This document shows positions 11,881 through 24,804 of a stretch of 64,000 nucleotides of DNA, in pieces. Under the pieces are notes generated by a model. That model saw only the letters and a program-made list of their open reading frames with translations. It was not told the DNA's origin and ran no database searches. The position numbers were made by a program, and so were the translations under genes. Every line of letters starts with the position of its first letter. Positions within the stretch are counted from its first letter, which is position 1. Source of the DNA: Felis catus (lineage: Eukaryota); NCBI RefSeq assembly GCF_018350175.1, contig NC_058369.1:27158001-27222000 (forward strand), written 5' to 3'.

Positions 11881-13806
11881 TTTCTTTTTTTTTAATATTA
11901 AATTTATTGTCAAATTGGTTTTCATACAACACCCAGTGCTCATCCCAAAAGGTGCCCTCCTCAATGCCCATCTCCCACTTCCCCCTCCCTTCCACCCCCC
12001 ATCAACCCTCAGTTTATTCTCAGTTTTTAAGAGTCTCTTATGGTTTGCCTCCTTCCCTCTCTGTAAATTTTTTTTCACCCTCCTCTCCCCCATGGTCTTC
12101 TGTTAAGTTTCTCAGGATCCACATAAGAGTGAAAACATATGGTATCTGTCTTTCTCTGTATGACTTATTTCACTTAGCATAACACTCTTCAGTCCCATCC
12201 ATCCACATTGCTACAAAAGGCCGTATTTTATTCTTTCTCATTGCCAAGTAGTAGTCCATTGTATATATAAACCACAACTTCTTTATCCATTCTTCAGTTG
12301 ATGGACATTTAGGCTCTTTCCACAATTTGGCTATTGTTGAAAGTGCTGCTATAAACATTGGGGTACAAGTGCCCCTATGCATCAGTACTCCTGTATCCCT
12401 TGGGTAAATTCCTAGCAGTGCTATTGCTCGGTCATAGGGTAGATCTATTTTTAATTTTTTGAGGAACCTCCATACTGTTTTCCAGAGTGGCTGTACCAGT
12501 TTGCATTCCTACCAACAGTGCAAGAGGGTTCCCATTTCTCCACATCCTCGCCAGCGTCTATAGTTTCCTGATTTGTTCATTTTAGCCACTCTGACTGGCG
12601 TGAGGTGATATCTCAGTGTGGTTTTGATTTGTCTTTTCCTGATGAGGAATGACGCTAAGCATCTTTTCATGTGCCTGTTGGCCATCTGGATGTCTTCTTT
12701 AGAGAAGTGTCTATTCATGTCTTCTGCCCATTTCTTCACTGGATTATTTGTTTTTCAGATTTTGGATACTAGCCCTTTGTCTGATATGTCGTTGAAAATA
12801 TCTTTTCCCATTCTATCGGTTGCCTTTTCATTTTGTTGATTGTTTCCTTTGCAGTGCAGAAGCTTTTTATTTTTATAAGGTCTCAATAGTTCATTTTTGC
12901 TTTTAATTCCCTTGCCTTTGGAGATGTGTCAAGTAAGAAATTGCTGCGGCTGAGGTCAGAGAGGTTTTTTCCTGCTTTCTCCTCTAGGGTTTTGATGGTT
13001 TCCTGTCTCACATTCAGGTCCTTCATCCATTTTGAGTTTATTTTTGTGAATGGTGTGAGAAAGTGGTCTAGTTTCATTCTTCTGCATGTTGCTGTCCAAT
13101 CCTCCCAGCACCATTTGTTAAAGAGACTGTCTTTTTTTTCCCATTGTATATTCTTTCCTGCTTTGTCAAAGATTAGTTGGCCATACTTTTTTGGGTCCAA
13201 TTCTGGAGTCTCTATTCTATTCCATTGGTCTATGTGTCTGTTTTTGTGCCAATACCATGCTGTCTTGATGATTACAGCTTTGTAGGAGAGGTTAAAGTCT
13301 GGAATTGTGATGCCTCCCGCTTTGGTCTTCTTCTTCAATATTACTTTGGCTATTTGGGGTCTTTTGTGGTTCCATACAAATTTTAAGATTGCTTGTTCTA
13401 GCTTTGAGAAGAATGCTGGTGCAATTTTGATTGGGATTGCATTGAATATGTAGATTGCTTTGGGTAGTATTGACATTTTAACAATATTTATTCTTCCAAT
13501 CCATGAACATGGAATGTTTTTCCATTTCTTTGTATCTTCTTCCATTTCCTTCATAAGCTTTCTATAGTTTTCAGCATACAGATCTTTTACATCTTTGGTT
13601 AGGTTTATTCCTAGGTATTTTATGCTTCTTGGTGCAATTGTGAATGGGATCAGTTTCTTTATTTGTCTTTCTGTTGCTTCGTTATTAGTGTATAAGAATG
13701 CAACTGATTTCTATACATTAATCTTGTATCCTGCGACTTTGCTGAATTCATGTATCAGTTCTAGCAGACTTTGGTGGAGCTGTTGGGTTTTCTGTGTATA
13801 ACATCG
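11881..13806 (-). mobile_element. Felid L1, 5'-truncated (ORF2 C-terminal part + 3'UTR)
   Basis: Minus-strand ORFs 12883-13554, 12509-12739 and 12170-12382 encode L1 ORF2p C-terminal sequence ([43 protein letters not shown]). T-run at 11881. Frameshifted, with a ~28-bp deletion near 12756 relative to the 45-kb copy. Confidence 0.97.
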
Positions 13807-15279
13807 TTCTCAATGGTAGTAGTGTCTTTTCTCTCCTAGCTCTAAGGTGCAAAGTCTCTTGCTCTAGAATAACTATAGTATATTATTAGCCTTCTGTATA
13901 AATCTCTGCTTCCAATTGCTATCCTTTTGCATTCTGGGCAGAATCTGTCTCAGCCAGGGAAGAAATAATAAGCTGAGACATTTTGCTGATCTCAAACAGA
14001 GCATTTCCCTGTGGTTTTAAGGCTTGCCTTCATCATGTTTTCATTAAAACACGGATGGTATCTCTGAAGAGTAAGTTTGAGTGGACTGGCATTTATTTTG
14101 TGAGCATTGGGGATAGAGAAGAGCATCTCTCTAAATTTGTGGTTCTCCTTGGTAAGACAAATTTAAAGAAATAACATCTTCATAAATAAAATGTAGGAAA
14201 GATCATCAGAAAATACTGGAGTATATTCTGAAGTTAGGATAGTAATAAGATTTTTTGTTTATAGTAACCTCTTGAGAAACATTAAGTATTTCTAAGATAT
14301 TAACTTAGGGGCCTGCTAGTGAGAAAGGGAATGATCTGGAGGGTTGATGTGTTTTTAATCTTTTAAATTAACATACAGTAAATTATCATTTTTGATACAC
14401 AGATCTATGAATTATAACACATGTATAGATTTTTGTAACTACACCCACAATCAAAATCCCAAACAGTTGCATCACTCCCAAATCTCCCTCTTGCTACCCC
14501 CTCGTAATTGTATGGCCCCCTCCAATTCCTTTCAACCTCTGATTTTTTCTCTGTCACTATAGTTTTGTCTTTTTGAGAGTGCCACGTAAATGGATTTATA
14601 TGGTGTGTAATATTTTGACACTAAATGCTTTCATTTATTACAATGCTTTTGAGATTCATTCAAGGTCTTGTAGGTATCAACAGTTCATTCCTTTTATTGC
14701 TAAGTTGTATTCTGTTGTATGGATGTACCACAGTTTGTTTATACATTTGCCTGCTGAAGGAGGTTTGAGTTGTTTCCAGCTTTTGGCGATTATAAATAGA
14801 GCCAGTATACACATCTATGTACAATTGTTTGAGTAAACATAAATTTTCATTTCTCTAGGGTAAAAATGTAGGAGTGGATCACATGGTAATTGAATATATA
14901 ATTTTATAAAAAACTGTCAAACTGGTTTCTAGAGTGTCTGTGCCATTTTGCATTCCCACCAGCAATGTATGAGAGTTCTAGTTGCTTCACATGATTACCA
15001 ACAGTTGAAATTATTGAATTTTTATTTTACTCATTCTGTTACATGTGTACTAGTATCTGATCGTGGTTTTAATTTACATTGACCTAATGGCTAATGTTTT
15101 CTTTGGCATATCCTCTTTGATGAAGTGTCTATTTAAGTATTTTTTAAAAAATTTTAAATGGGTTATTTTCTTACTGTTGAGTTTTCTGAGTTCTTTTTAT
15201 ATTGTGCTTTTATTGTCATGTCTGTGCACTGTTTGCATAAATCCAGCACAGAAATATTTTCTCCTCTGCTTTTTAAAAA

Positions 15280-15485
15280 CATTTTTTAAAATATTTGTTT
15301 ATTTTTGAGAGAGAGAGAGAGGGGGGGAGCAGGGGAGGGACAGAGAGAGGGAGACACAGAATCTGAAGAAAGCTCCAGGCTCTTAGCTGTCAGCACAGAG
15401 CCTGATGTGGGTTCAAACTCACAAACTGTGAGATCATAACCTGAGCCAATGTCAGACACAACCAGCTGAGCCACCTGGGAGCCCC
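15280..15485 (-). mobile_element. Can-SINE
   Basis: Reverse-complement head ...ctgagccacctgggagcccc. TSD tttctcctctgcttttt (from 15258 and from 15486). Confidence 0.92.
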
Positions 15486-15520
15486 TTTCTCCTCTGCTTT
15501 TTAAAAATATCTCATACTTG

Positions 15521-15740
15521 TGGTGCCTGGGTGGCTCAGTCGGTTAAGCATCTGATTTCAGCTCAGGTCATGATCTCACAGTCTGTGGTTTCGAGCCCCA
15601 CGTCTAGCTCTCTGCTGACAATTCAGAGCCTGGAGCCTGCTTCTGATTCTGTGTCTCCCTCTATCTGCCCTTCCCCTGCTTGTGCTCTGTCTCTCTCTCT
15701 CTCAAAAATAAACATTAAACAAATTATAAAAAATAAAAAA
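15521..15740 (+). mobile_element. Can-SINE
   Basis: tggtgcctgggtggctcagtcggttaagc head, (CT)n, AATAAA and A-rich tail. Confidence 0.92.
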
Positions 15741-16009
15741 TGTTTTGTATTTTACATTTAGACCTAAGATCCATTTTACTTAAATCCAATTTACTTAATG
15801 TGTGAGGTTCAGATTGGGAACTCTCGCTCTCTCTGTCTCTCTTTCTCTCTCTCAATCATCTATCCATCTGACATATAGATGTCCAATTGTTCCAACACTG
15901 TTTGTTGAAAAGACTACCCTTTTGCCATTGAATTGCCTGTGCAGCTTCATATGCATAAATCAACTGGCCATATTTATGTTGGTCTATTTTAGGAATCTCT
16001 GTTGAGATT

Positions 16010-16536
16010 TTTCTAGTTCTTCATATGGTGAGTAACATTATATTGTATCCTGGACATTTTGAATCTAATGTTATGAGACTCTGGGTCCTGTTTAAATGCT
16101 ATCAAGAATGTTTGGAAGTTTTATTCTAGTAGGCATTTAAACTGCTTAGGTTCAGATCACTTGTTCCAATCAGCGTTCTGGAGATTGTGGTTTCAATGCC
16201 AAGTCCATTTTCAAAACTTTATATTGCTATTAAGATCACTGAACAGCAGTCCCAGCTGCCCAGCCAAGACCTAGGTGGTTGACTAAGGTATGTTGTTTAG
16301 GGTCAGATCTATGCATGAGCCACTTGGGATAAGTCCAGAAGTCATAAATAATTTCATGAGTTCATTTTCCCAAGCCTCTTTTCTCTGTGGTCTCCTAGTA
16401 CCTTTGGTTTCCCATGGTTCCTCTTTTCTACCTTCCACTCAGAAAACCGGGGCTTTGCTTATCCCACTCTGCTGCATATTTCCTATGAATCCATCCTTGT
16501 CCAGGGCCATGTAGCAGAAAGAGAGAGTGAAAAAAG

Positions 16537-16577
<41 letters not shown>

Positions 16578-16900
16578 AGTAACCAGGGTTGCTCCATATG
16601 GTCTTAAAGATCACAGGTCTTTTGGTCAGACAAGAAACATCCCCTTCTTCAGAGTTTTAGGTGCCTGGATATCACTATAGCCTGTATGTAAGAAGATGGG
16701 AGAAAAGAGAGAGAGGAAGGGAAAAAAAAGGGAAACTGGAGATTTAGGTCCCCTCTCTAACCCTGAGGGATCCTCTTTCCCACTCCTTATGCCCAAGCTA
16801 GAGAGCTTCTTTTAGAGCTCTCTTTGTGTCTTGTACCCAGTTCTGAATTTCAGGTTTCCTTCAGTTTGGGCAGGGGATACTGGGGAAAAATGGCAAAAAT
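16010..16900 (-). mobile_element. Probable old L1M 5'/ORF1-region fragment, containing (CA)n at 16539-16577
   Basis: tattgtatcctggacattttgaatctaatgttatgagactctgggtcctgtttaaat resembles old L1M 5'-end sequence. Heavily diverged. Confidence 0.45.
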
Positions 16901-17559
16901 GGCAAGAGAAAAACATCCTCCAATTTCAAGGAGAGGGGAAACAGACTCCTATCTGATGTTATGGCACTGGGATCTAAATATTGTTATGACTTTTGGAAAA
17001 AATGAATTTCTGCAAACAACTAATTGATCAAGAGTTTCAAAATAGTTATATTTAAACATTATTTTATAATATGTATTTTCTGGAATAGTTCTTACTTCCT
17101 CTCATTTGTGGTTTATCAGTGGTACAGATCACAAAGGAAAGGCAAGATCAATATTCAAATCTTTCTCTTTATTTGCCAGTTTTCAAAATAATGAAGTAAC
17201 TCACCATTATCCTCTAATGATGATCTATTAGAGTTTTTTCTTTCTTTTAAAAAAATCATTATGATCTCATGGCTTTAAACAAATTTGATCTGTTTATATC
17301 CACTGAAATTATTAACCTCATTGATGCTCAAATTGAGTACAGAGCTTTTCATTATCATTTGATCATCTTGGATAAACCATGACATAGGCCAAATCACTTG
17401 TTCACATCACAGCGGGAACAAGTGATAGTTTACAGGTAAGACCCCCAGACGGCTAATCTTTTCCTTGAAGACATGTTACAATTACTGGCCAGCACGTGTT
17501 CAGGAACAAAGTACAGTGTTATCCACCCATTTATTTTACAATTATTCATTCACTGAATA

Positions 17560-17880
17560 ATTATTCAATTGAAACACTCATTGAACCAACAGACATTTAT
17601 TGAATACCTACTGTACTCCAGCTGCTGTGTTAGACATAGGGATCTTAATAAGCCAATAGAAATAGACATGTTTCCTGCCCTCAGAGAGATCATATCTAGT
17701 CAGGGAAATAGAGGCACTAATTAAATATTTGCACAAATGCATGTTAAATTGTAATGTGACAGGAACTAACAAGATTATTCTGAGGAGCCATGTGGAAGTG
17801 ATCAGGAGAGCTGGACCCTTCTGGAAGGCCAGAGAAAGCCTCCCTTAGAGAAGATGGCTTCCCTGACGTCTGAAGGAGGG
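17560..17880 (-). mobile_element. L2 3' fragment
   Basis: caacagacatttattgaatacctactgtactccag...cctgccctcagagag. Confidence 0.7.
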
Positions 17881-19009
17881 AAACAAAAGAGGGAGTATAT
17901 GTCAGTACTTATATAGTATAATCTCTCCTTGCTGTCCCTGGTTTTCATTATAATCTGGATCCATGCCAACTGTAATCTTCCTAAGGCCTAGACTGAAAAA
18001 AGTCTCCTCTAGGCTTCCACTGCTATTCAAAAAAAGTTTGTTTCCCCTTAACTTCCATTTCCCTTCCCCCCAAAATGTCACTAACCTCTTCTGGTCACCA
18101 GGTCAAATATACAAAGTAGGTTGTTTGAACAAATAAAGATTTTCTATTCTCTCCCTAAGACAGAAAAATCCATCCAGAGAGTCTTATATAATCTCCTAAC
18201 CTTCCCATGATTTTTTCTTTGGGACGCTGTTGGATTTTTTTTTTAAGAAGAGTTCAGGAGCACTTAATTATCTGCAGAACAAGTTGGATCATGTCTCCAA
18301 GCTCAGTTTGGATTCAAGCTGAAGCAATAGGCCCCCTGGGGCTTGCTTCAGTGGCGCACATTTACATTGGTTACTCCTGGTAACCAGGCCTTGAGGTAAA
18401 GGAAAAGAAAGCTTGGATTGTGGCTAAATAAAGAACTACCCAGACACCTGGCTGTTTACCCTAGGGACCATCCCCTTAGGGGTGGATCTGGCCTTTTCAG
18501 AGGGTGGAAAGGCTTGACAGAGAGAGGGCAGGGGAGAGAAAGAGAATGCACAAGCACAGTGGCCCTTCTGCCTTAAATTAGGAGGTTTTGTTCTGACAAG
18601 CGCTCCAGGCATCCCTCTGTTGCTCTCAACAATGAGATGTATTCTGAGAGTGCTGTGAAGCCAGTATGGCAGGCTTTTCTTTGTGTTCCTTCTTCCTTAG
18701 GCTCAGCTTTTGGCAGCTGCAAGACAGTGTAGGGGCCCCCACCTTGAGCCTGATAAGAATGCACTCTTGGCCCGAATGGCCAGTAGCCATCCTGTGGATG
18801 CTCATGGCTTACAGCAAGAGAAGAGCCCTCCTTCTGGCTCAGGGACCCTCCTGCCCTGATCAGGCGCTGTTGGTCCCACAGTAGCAACCACCAGAAAAGA
18901 CAACCTTGGTTTGCTGCCCAGGGCTATTATGTCACAGTTGATGACCCGCAAGTGTTCATAGGGTCTTGGCCAGAATGATCTGGCCAGAGTTACAATTTCA
19001 AGGGAGAAA

Positions 19010-19240
19010 CATTTCATTGGTGGTTCTTTTTTCCAAACCCAAGCCAGCTAAAACTGAAATGGATTTTATTGCTCTTACAAGTGAATATTCCCTGGGTAGA
19101 TATGGCTTCAGGCATAACATGATTCAAGTGATGTCAGGAGCCCTTGATGTCTTTCCTAAGCTATAAAAGAAAAATCAGGGTGCTGTTACTAAAGGAAAAA
19201 AAGTAACATTGTGTTGCCACAAAATAATAAATGTCCACAT
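19010..19240 (-). mobile_element. Old MaLR LTR fragment (MLT1J/K-like)
   Basis: tttattgctcttacaagtgaa...ggcttcaggcat; aaatcagggtgctgttactaaagg. Confidence 0.5.
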
Positions 19241-19463
19241 CAGTTAGTATAATATACACAGTATGCCTGGATGGGATTATTTTTTTCTTCTCTCTCCTTC
19301 TTTCTGGAAATTTCTGGTACTTCTCATGGTTAAAGCAATGAAGGAGAATGTTTGTAATGCAACTTCAAGAAAGGATGGAGATGATGAGGTATACAAGGTA
19401 GTCTACCAGGAAGTTAACCTTTACAAGGCAAGATGTCAAATTGTTTCTTTAAAATCCACCCAT

Positions 19464-19682
19464 GTGGCGCGTGGGAGGCTCAGTGGGTTAAGCATCTGAC
19501 TTCAGCTCAGGTCATGATCTCAGGGTTTGTGGGTTTGAGCCCCACGTCAGACTCTGTGCTGACAGCTCAGAAGCCTGAAGTCTGCTTCAGATTCTGTGTC
19601 TCCCTATCTCTCTGCCCTCCCCCACTCACAGTCTGTCTCTGTCTCTCAAAAATGAATAAACATTATAATAAAATAATGAAAT
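19464..19682 (+). mobile_element. Can-SINE
   Basis: gggaggctcagtgggttaagcatctgacttcagctcaggtcatgatctc. TSD aatccaccca on both sides. Confidence 0.92.
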
Positions 19683-20063
19683 AATCCACCCAGAGCCCAG
19701 CCACTACGGTGGTGTCTTTTCCACCTACTATCCCTACTTTCGTCCTCATGGTTTGAAGCTCCTTGCTTCCTAGGAGCAGAACTGGTAGGAAAGATAGTGA
19801 CTACTGAGTCACAAAGAGGTGGTGTCAGGGTGGAGGAGAAGGAGATGAAAGGAAAGAGGGAGGTCTTGAAGTGGGAAACGGCTGTGAAGGAGAGGGGCTG
19901 CAGCTAAAGTCCTGGTTTTGTGGGGAAGTTCTATGAATCTCTAGTGAGAGAGATTCAGCTGCAAAATGTATGGGGGCACATTACAGGGATGGAACACTAT
20001 CCAAAACTTAGCATCCTTTGGACTCAGCAGAGGTTAAAAAAATTATGAAACGCTCTTAGAGGT

Positions 20064-20065
<2 letters not shown>

Positions 20066-20104
<39 letters not shown>
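20066..20104. repeat. (GT)n microsatellite
   Basis: Direct reading. Confidence 0.95.
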
Positions 20105-20106
<2 letters not shown>

Positions 20107-21693
20107 GGCCTCGTTTAAGGAGGGAAGAGCAACAAGTGCCTGAATCTCCCCCCCACCCCCAAGGAAGCTGGGAAGTGAGCAGAGCCCAATGGATGGAACG
20201 AACAGCTGATCAGTTTCTCTTTTCTTTGTAAATGATTGTCCTCCTCTCTCCTTCAAGACCAGAGTTTCATATACAGTCACTCAGTGGCTGTCCTGTGAAG
20301 GATTAGTGTCTCTCTAGAAAGACATTGTACCTGAGTTGTTACACTCATAGCCTTGGGGTCAGACAGAGCTCAGCTTGGTTCTCTTCTCCAGCACACACTA
20401 CTAATGTGACCTGTATTACTGCCGTGACCTCCAGCATGTTATTTCTCCTCACACGTAGTAAGCTCTCCTCACACGTGGACAATGGTGATGCAGACTCCTA
20501 TTATTTTTGCTGAGTTTACTCGTGTGGGATTTTGGGAACTTGGGTCTGAGGGTCAAGTTTTTTTCTTTGAAAAAACAAAAAACTTACTGAAATAGAGACT
20601 TAAATATTCAGGATAAGAGCCCCAGCTTTGCTATTGCTTGAGTAAGAGCGCAAGAGTCACCTCACTGGGCTGTGCTTTGCTCTCTGTAACTGCACGGTGT
20701 GTCTGTGTGTGGGGGAGGGGGGCGGGTAGGCGTATCAAAACAAGTGATGCTCCCCCATCTCTCAGGATTGTATTAGAACCTGGGTGGGCTGTAGCTTTGT
20801 TAATTCTTGCTGGGAATAATGGGTGGGATAGTGTGTCAGAGGACAGGGTCTGGAGGGGGGGAAAGAGAGGAGAAGAGACGTTTCCAACCACCAGGTGTTG
20901 CGAGTAACATCACCTCCGTTTCTCCACTCCTTAGGTGGTTCAGGGCAAGAGGTGAGGCAGCACGTGCTGCCATAACATCTCAGCCTCCATGTGAGGGACA
21001 TCTCTCCCAGCCTCTGTGTTTTTCTTCAGGACCTGAGACCTGCCACACCGGTGAGATTCTCTCCTAAGCCCCACTCAGAACTTTGTGCAAGCAAAGGTAT
21101 TTAAATTCATCTGTTCTGATTCAGAGCCGTGAAAAATCATTTTGTGTGCTGAGATCAGAGAGGGAAGAAAAACTTCGTGCATTGTTTCTTTTCGATCTAT
21201 GGAGTCATGAGATGGCTTCTATAATTCTAGAAATTGTGACAAGGCATCCATAAAGATGAGGCAGAATCCCCAGGCAGCAGTTACCGTAGCTTAAAGCAAC
21301 ATTATTTACTCTCCATTCATGGAAGTGTGGCAGCATTTAAGGACTTTATTTAATTCCTTCATCACAGGAGCAAATGAGCAATCTGCAAGCCGGGCAAGTG
21401 GAGGCCTGGAACCTCAGGCGTCTCCCTGAGACTGAGGCTCAGGTATGCCTGGCTTTTCGGGCTTTGTCCACAGTTACTTTGTGCCCTTACGAAGAGTGAG
21501 TGAGTCCGTTTAATTTACATTTAAAGCTCTTTCAGCGTAAAGCCAGATTCCTACAAAAATGTTCTGACTTAATTCAACTCCATTCCTTTCAAATTAATTC
21601 ATTTAAAAGAACATATGTTGAGCAACAGTTGGTACCATGTATAAAAATGAACTGGGCCAATGCTCTGTGCAAAGCTAAGCGGATATCGGCAAT

Positions 21694-21735
21694 CGCTGTT
21701 AACAGTGGGGTGACCCACTGTTAACAGTGGGGTGA
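21694..21735. repeat. Nested palindrome / 22-bp-period direct repeat
   Basis: CTGTTAACAGTGGGGTGA occurs twice. CCCACTGTTAACAGTGGG (21714-21731) is a perfect 18-bp palindrome. Confidence 0.95.
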
Positions 21736-21872
21736 AGGCAGCACTGGAATTCACAGATGCCTCAGCTCTTTCACTGACCAGATGTGGCCAGTTCGTTTCC
21801 GTTTTCCTTGTTTTCCTTCTCAGCTCCTTCCTTTGCCTGATAACTGACACACTCATTTATTCAGCCAATATT

Positions 21873-22098
21873 TTTTTTTTAATTTTTTTTTCAACGTTTT
21901 TTAATTTATTTTTGGGACAGAGAGCGACAGAGCATGAACGGGGGAGGGGCAGAGAGAGAGGGAGACACAGAATCGGAAACAGGCTCCAGGCTCCGAGCCA
22001 TCAGCCCAGAGCCCTACGCGGGGCTCGAACTCACGGACCGTGAGATCGTGACCTGGCTGAAGTCGGACGCTTAACCGACTGCGCCACCCAGGCGCCCC
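21873..22098 (-). mobile_element. Young felid Can-SINE (SINEC_Fc type)
   Basis: Reverse-complement head ...cgactgcgccacccaggcgcccc. TSD ATTTATTCAGCCAATATT (21855-21872 / 22099-22116). Confidence 0.97.
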
Positions 22099-24804
22099 AT
22101 TTATTCAGCCAATATTAAGGACCTGAGTGTAGGCCCAGCAGAGAGGCAGCTCGGGGAGGAAAGCTGATTGTTCTCCTCCGTCTGCAGAGCTTATCTGATA
22201 ACATCAAGGAGCTCAGCTAGAGAGCCCGGTGGTGGGCTGTGAACACAGGCAAGCTGACAGCTCCCTCAGCTCCAGTTCCTCATCTTCACGTGGAAATAAT
22301 CATCATATGTACTTCACATGGTGGTGAGGACTGGAGGAACTCATGTGTATCAAAGATTCAGTGTATTTTTCTGGCACACAGCAGGGGCTCAAGAGTTGCT
22401 CTCTGTCATCACCATCATTGTGGCCTATTTTAGATTAGAAATTCCTAGAGGTCAATGACATTTACATTTTATGGATGATGAACAGCTTCCAACACCTGTT
22501 AACAAGCAATTTGTATCAATAAGTACCAAATACTAAAGAATAAAATACTAATAAAAATGCTAAAAGTTAAGTGTTTTAGATCTCTGCCCCAAGCCTCTGC
22601 CTGTAAGGAAGACTGTATGTAGTTAGCTTCATCCGTATCATCCTTCACAGCAGCAAGCTGGGCCTGGTAAACAGGAGAAGGAAGGAAGGAAGAAGCTACG
22701 AGGGGTTGCATGGTAAGGAGCACAGCCAGAGCCAGCCTCGAGAGAGCCCAGGGAGGGTTCTGCACACCTGGTTTGGGAAGGAGCATGGGGGAAACCCTGA
22801 CCTTGAAGAAGGAGAGGAAAAGACTGGGGCCTAGCCCCCTTGTGTTAGGCAGGAGGGGAGAGACAGAATGAGAGAGAGAAGAGGAGGGAGTGAAGAAAGC
22901 CTGGAGGGCAGCACTGGCTTCCTGGGCCTGCAAGGGTGAGTCACGCAAGGCCCTGGGCTCAGAAGGGCCCCGCACTCTGTTCACGCTCTCCTGTCAGCCT
23001 CTGAAAACTCTTGATAGTTTTTGCACAAGGGATCCCACATTTTCACTTTGCACTGGGCACGACAAATTAGCTGGTTCTGCCTCAGGGAGATATTGGTGGA
23101 AGTTTTCCTGTGCGAGGTGAGAGTAATCTCTTTTCAGTGTCTTCTTGAGATTTGAAGATCTTTCAGTTATTTTGAGGGGGGACAGTATTCAGTTGTGGAT
23201 CCTTTGACCGAAACTCTAGATTGGGCTGGGCGTCAAGGTGGTTCAGCTTTGTCCATAACAGAAGAGCTGCTCTCCTCCACCCTGTGGTAGGAGTCCTCGG
23301 CACCTGCCCAGCCCAGTTCCTGTGCAAAACCACGGGAAGCATGCAGGCAACCTCCACAGTGTGCTCCCTGCATCAGGCTCGCTGCGTCATGTCCTTATTC
23401 TGGCAAAATGTTTCATGCAGAAAAAGCTCCAGGCGTTCCTTGGTGATAGTGGTAGTGGGGGTTAAGTAAAGAAAACAGTACTCCTTGAAATGGTGTGCAG
23501 GACATGGAGAACTTCTCGCCAAAGAGAGGTTCATACTTGGGAAGCCACGCACTTCCGCTTCTGGTTGGATTTTGTGCACAGCCGCTTTTTTTTTTCCTGC
23601 CGCTTACATTCCGCCAGAAAGGCACCGTGTAGAGAGGATGAAGCACTGTGAGTTCAGCCCATTATCAAATGGTTTCAAGGGTCATTTTGATCTTGTCAGG
23701 ATCAGCAGGCTTCCTTTCAGCGGACCTAAAAAGGCTGACAGAAACAATAAATGGGCAATTTTGAAACTCTTTGTCAGAGTTGTACTTTGGGGACAAACTC
23801 TGCCATAAATACTGATTTCTAGTCCCCCCTCCATGTACCCACCATTTTCAGATATGATGCCCCCCCCCCTTCCCTGACCACCACATAGTCATCAACTTAT
23901 CTTGCCAACATTGTGGCAGTGAGTGATGTGCGGCTGCTTGTCTATCTGCTCTGTAGTACTTACACTACAAGGAACCAAACATGATGTATACCTCACGGCA
24001 TACATTCGTCTCTAATTTAGTGCCCACATATCTGTAATAGTTGTATTGAACTGAAGCTGAGAAAAATCACCCTTGCCACCCTCCATTTTTAGGGAGTCTG
24101 TGATAGGTTGGAGGATTACCCTATCGATCACTAGTCAGGAATGATTACCTCTCACCCTCCTCTGCCTCATCAATAAATGGCCCCAAATTTCAATTCCAGG
24201 AGACACATTCAAAACAGGAATGTCTGGAGCTGTGAACAGAATTATAAATACAACAGAATCTAAAAGAAAGCATTCATACCCAACAGACAGATTATAGGAT
24301 ATGCCACACCCTGTAAAGGATTTAGACTTTTATGAGTATTAACACTGTTTCCATGGAAGATTGTTCCTTTCATGGAAATTATAATTCCTGTTATTTCTTG
24401 ATACTGACAATGAAAATTACATATATTTTCTTCAGACTAAGAAAATACATATATTTTCTTAGTATTTTAACTAAGTAGTGAAATAAGGCAGCAAGTAGTT
24501 CTAAATGGGCTTCAAAGAGACTTTTTAGATCTGGATGTCTTCACGAAGAGATTCTTGGTGCTTTGTTTAAATGCCCCAACTCTAGAGCTGAACCTGGTCC
24601 AAATGGCCTGAAATACCATCAACCCCTTAATAGCAAGGCGAATTTGGCATGAAAAACTGGTAGTAAAGAACACTTTAAAAAACAGTAAAAATCTATACTA
24701 CAGGTATTATAGCAAGACCAACAGATGTGAAATTAAGGGGGAAGGAGGCAGAAAATCCATGCAACATGGATGCTTCTCATCTGAACTAAAGACACTGGTA
24801 TGAG

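Larger units (their letters stand above)
14350..16010 (-). mobile_element. Old L1M 3' region, interrupted by two SINEs
   Basis: ttttgcattcccaccagcaatgtatgagagttc, gtatggatgtaccacagtttgtttat and ttgttgaaaagactacc are antisense L1 hallmarks. Confidence 0.8.

Noticed and set aside
12883..13554. 223-aa ORF as a host gene
   Set aside because: Fragment of a truncated, frameshifted L1 ORF2.
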